From: Anthoceros angustus
Taxonomy: Eukaryota; Plantae; Anthocerotophyta
Assembly (NCBI GenBank): GCA_010909165.1
Contig: VJWM01000179.1
Coordinates: forward strand, 248,001 to 312,000
Length of the DNA stretch: 64,000 nt
Direction of reading: 5' to 3'
The translations under genes and the position numbers were made by a program. The notes beneath the pieces are model-generated. The model was not told the origin of the DNA. It was given only the letters and a program-made list of their open reading frames with translations, and did no database searches. How positions within the stretch are numbered: position 1 is the first letter of the stretch; each line of letters starts with the position of its first letter. Below are positions 61,275 through 64,000 of the stretch, in pieces.

Positions 61275-63150
61275 TTGTCGCCTCACAGCCTCCAAGGAGG
61301 TGGTGTTGGCGTCTTCATGCGCCAACCGTTGGCGCCCAAACGCCTGCGAACGTCGACGGTCCTTCACCCCAGCGGCACATCGCCCTGCTTTCCCTCTGTT
61401 CGATTGAACCCTCATGGAGGACACAACCTTTGTTCCGCGCTCTGGGTCATTGCGCAATCTGCTTGAGGGTCGTTTCGTCGGCTGCCGGGGAGCCATGTAT
61501 GGATTGAGGCGGCGTGTCTCATGTGATCGAGCACAGATGTTGATCACATGCGAATATTTTGGCCGCACGCGTGTGGTGTCACATCCTTCGGGCGTGCCTC
61601 CGACAACTTTGAGGAACGCATGCCAGCCAAGCATCACGATGACTCAAGTGCACGGAGATCGCGGATGTCCACAAATTGAATATGTCATTCATCTGCCAAT
61701 TTACCAGCCATATATATAGCATGACATATATAGGCAGCGAACCCATGAACCAAGGAACTTCCTCTCATGCCATCACCATGTCCCCACGACATGGTTTGTG
61801 CAAAGTACCATGGTCCAAGGAACAAGGTACATACACAAATGCATAATTTCCGCTCTATGTATCCGAATATCATGACATCCCCATGTTCCAAGGAGCATGG
61901 TATGAGCGGAAATATCATGGTTCGATGACATGGTATCTTGTTGGGAAAAGACCATGTTCCAAGGACACCGCCTCTCCTCAAACATGGTATATAGCATTGT
62001 ATGATGAACATTAAAATGGAAAGCCGCGTTCTCTCAGCAGACGGTGGCGGCGAATATTTCCATGCACGCTTCACACTTGTCCAGACGGTAGCGCCACCAA
62101 TGAGTCCATCCTCGTCATGCGCATGTCATAATTGCAGCCTTTCTCGGATATAAGGCTTCCATTTCGCCGCCTCCTCCACCCATTTGCCCTCCGGTTTCGC
62201 ATTGAAGACTCGGTCGGTTTCGGCCTTGATTTCGAGCCTTTCATCAATTGTCTTGCCTCACAGCCTCCAAGTAGGTGGTGTTGGCGTCTTCATGCCCCAA
62301 CCGTTGGCGCCCAGCGTCGGCGGTCCTTCACCACGCCGCCACTGCTTTCCTCGATTGAACCCTCATGGAGGACACCTTTGTTCCGCTCGGGTCATTGCGC
62401 AAACTGCTGAGGTCGTTTCGTCGGCTCCGAGCCATGTATGGATTTGATCAGGCGCTCTTGCTGATGATGATGATGATGATGATGATGAACATGCGTGGTG
62501 TCACATCCTTTCGCGGCGGCGTGCCTCCAACTTTGAGGCAGCGTGCGCCCATCACGATGACTCAAGTGCACGGAGATCGCGGTTGTCCTCACATTCAATA
62601 TGTCATTCATCGCCCATTTACCAGCCATATATATAGCATGACATATATAGGCATCGAACCCATCAACCAAGGAACTTCCTCCCATGCCATCACCATGTCC
62701 CCACGACATGGTTTGTGCAAATACCATGGTCCAAGGAACAAGGTACATACACAAATGCATAATTTCCGCCCTATGTATGTACCGCATCCCCATGTTCCAA
62801 GGAGCATGGTATGAGCGGAAATATCATGGTTCGATGACATGGTATCTTGTTGGGAAAAGACCATGTTCCAAGGACACCTCTCCTCAAACATGGTATATAG
62901 CATTGTATATAACATTAAAATGGAAAGCCGCGTTCTCAGCAGACGGTGTGGCGGAGTGGCGGCGAATATTTCCATGCGCTTCACACTTGTCGGGCAGTGG
63001 CGCCGACCATGAGTCCATCCTCGTCATGCGCACATAATTGCAGCCTTTCTCGGGATATAAGGCTTCCATTTCGCCGCCTCCTCCCTCCACCCATTTGCCC
63101 TCTGGTTTCGCATTGAAGACTGCGGTCGGTCGATTCTTGGATTTCGAGCC
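61275..63150. repeat. About 0.9-kb tandem duplication with many indels; (GAT)n expansion in copy 2
   Basis: ccatgtatggatt at about 61492 and 62432; gagtccatcctcgtcatgcgca at about 62102 and 63011. Confidence 0.85.
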
Positions 63151-63755
63151 TTTCAATTGGCCATATTTCCGCTGCTGATCTTCGTATCTTATGGTTTGGG
63201 CGGCTTTGTAGGTGTGCAGTGTAATGGGCATGGCGGCAGGCCCGGATGGAGGCAACGGGTATAGCCGGTTTCTTGCCGAGGTGGAGGGTACCATACGCCA
63301 AACGTGGGCGGACGCATGGGCACTCCGCCAGCTCCCACCACGGCACCCCAACTTCCGCGATGAAGACGCGCGACGATGGCTTGCAACTTTGCATGGTGAA
63401 GCCGAGGTTTTGGATGCGCGGAGGCGTGTGCTGGAGGTGGGTCGCTGTTTGCTAGACATTACACATTGGATGGACCTGGTGCCGGATCTGCCCATCGCGG
63501 AATGGTTTGGAGAAGAGCGGCAGACATGGTGGGTCCTATACTCAGCGGTGCAGAGACGTTGCGGCGATAACTAGAGCGGCGGAGTGTGTCGCGCCATACT
63601 GCGCCAAACCCTGCTAAACCCAGGCAAGTATGTTCCAACTCAAGTCGATGTTGATGTGAAAATTCTATGAAGCCCCGAGTCATTATTCCGTCGACTCGCT
63701 CTCCCTCCACCCACGCAGCAGCGTGACCGCTAAAGCCCGGCCTCTATTCTCCTGC

Positions 63756-64000
63756 TCAAAGATGGAATATGCATTGTGTAACTTGATGTGGCCATATGAA
63801 AGGGGTGTCAACTCCATCTGCAACATACGTGCAGTGCCTTCCGGTGAACACGAGATCAAATCCACCGTAAGTTTCGCGAATGGATTGGGATCTCCCACTT
63901 GGATTACACTCAAACCACTTGACCTTAAGGACCATTGGCTCGAATCCGCTTGCAAACTGCACTCGAATTATTTCCGCTACATTGCCATAGTATGTCCGCT
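63756..64000 (-). pseudogene. CACTA transposase (TnpD) C-terminal DUF4216-like segment, probably with a premature stop
   Basis: RTYYGNVAEIIRVQF...VLKVKWF...YGGFDLV...TPFIWPHQVTQCIF fits the 'YYG.I.EI.EL.Y...LFKC.W...GF..V...EPFI...QA.QVFY' pattern. Confidence 0.75.

Larger units (their letters stand above)
48018..64000 (-). mobile_element. Large CACTA (En/Spm) element C, over 16 kb, extending beyond the window
   Basis: TIR CACTACTACAC at 48018 abruptly truncates the Copia ORF. CGTCAT/ATGAC subterminal motifs follow, a DUF4216-like transposase C-terminus lies at the window end, and TnpA-like ORFs lie inside. Confidence 0.8.

Noticed and set aside
63212-63574. 120-aa plus-strand ORF inside CACTA C
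   Set aside because: It looks plausible as coding but has no motif or second copy in the window to support it.

Overview
Eukaryotic nuclear DNA from a land plant. Compact genes with roughly 70-110 bp GT-AG introns suggest a non-seed plant such as a hornwort or lycophyte (inference). A gene-rich core (about 7.4-46 kb) holds eight genes: a Cys/His-rich UL92/SKIP31-like small protein (-), a tandem two-domain SLT/lysozyme-like transglycosylase (+), a UDP-xylose/arabinose 4-epimerase (+), a MATH/TRAF protein (-), an intronless AT-rich GH5 endoglycoceramidase-like gene (-), myosin XI (+), an L-type lectin receptor kinase (-) and a CYP71-clan P450 (+). Nested transposon blocks flank this core. On the left are two nested CACTA right-hand termini (3017 and 4245) and a Gypsy remnant. 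On the right is an internally deleted Copia element, cut off by a CACTA element of more than 16 kb (TIR at 48018, DUF4216 transposase end at the window edge). That CACTA contains a gag-only Athila/Tat-like element with a CCCGC target-site duplication. Most notable: two separate CACTA elements about 45 kb apart carry homologous copies of an unrecognised accessory ORF near their termini, and the large element also has two paralogous TnpA-like ORFs. This points to a multi-gene CACTA family with a conserved, uncharacterised cargo protein. Many indels between tandem copies in the right-hand block may be long-read assembly noise. All family assignments are from motifs read by eye; no searches were run.
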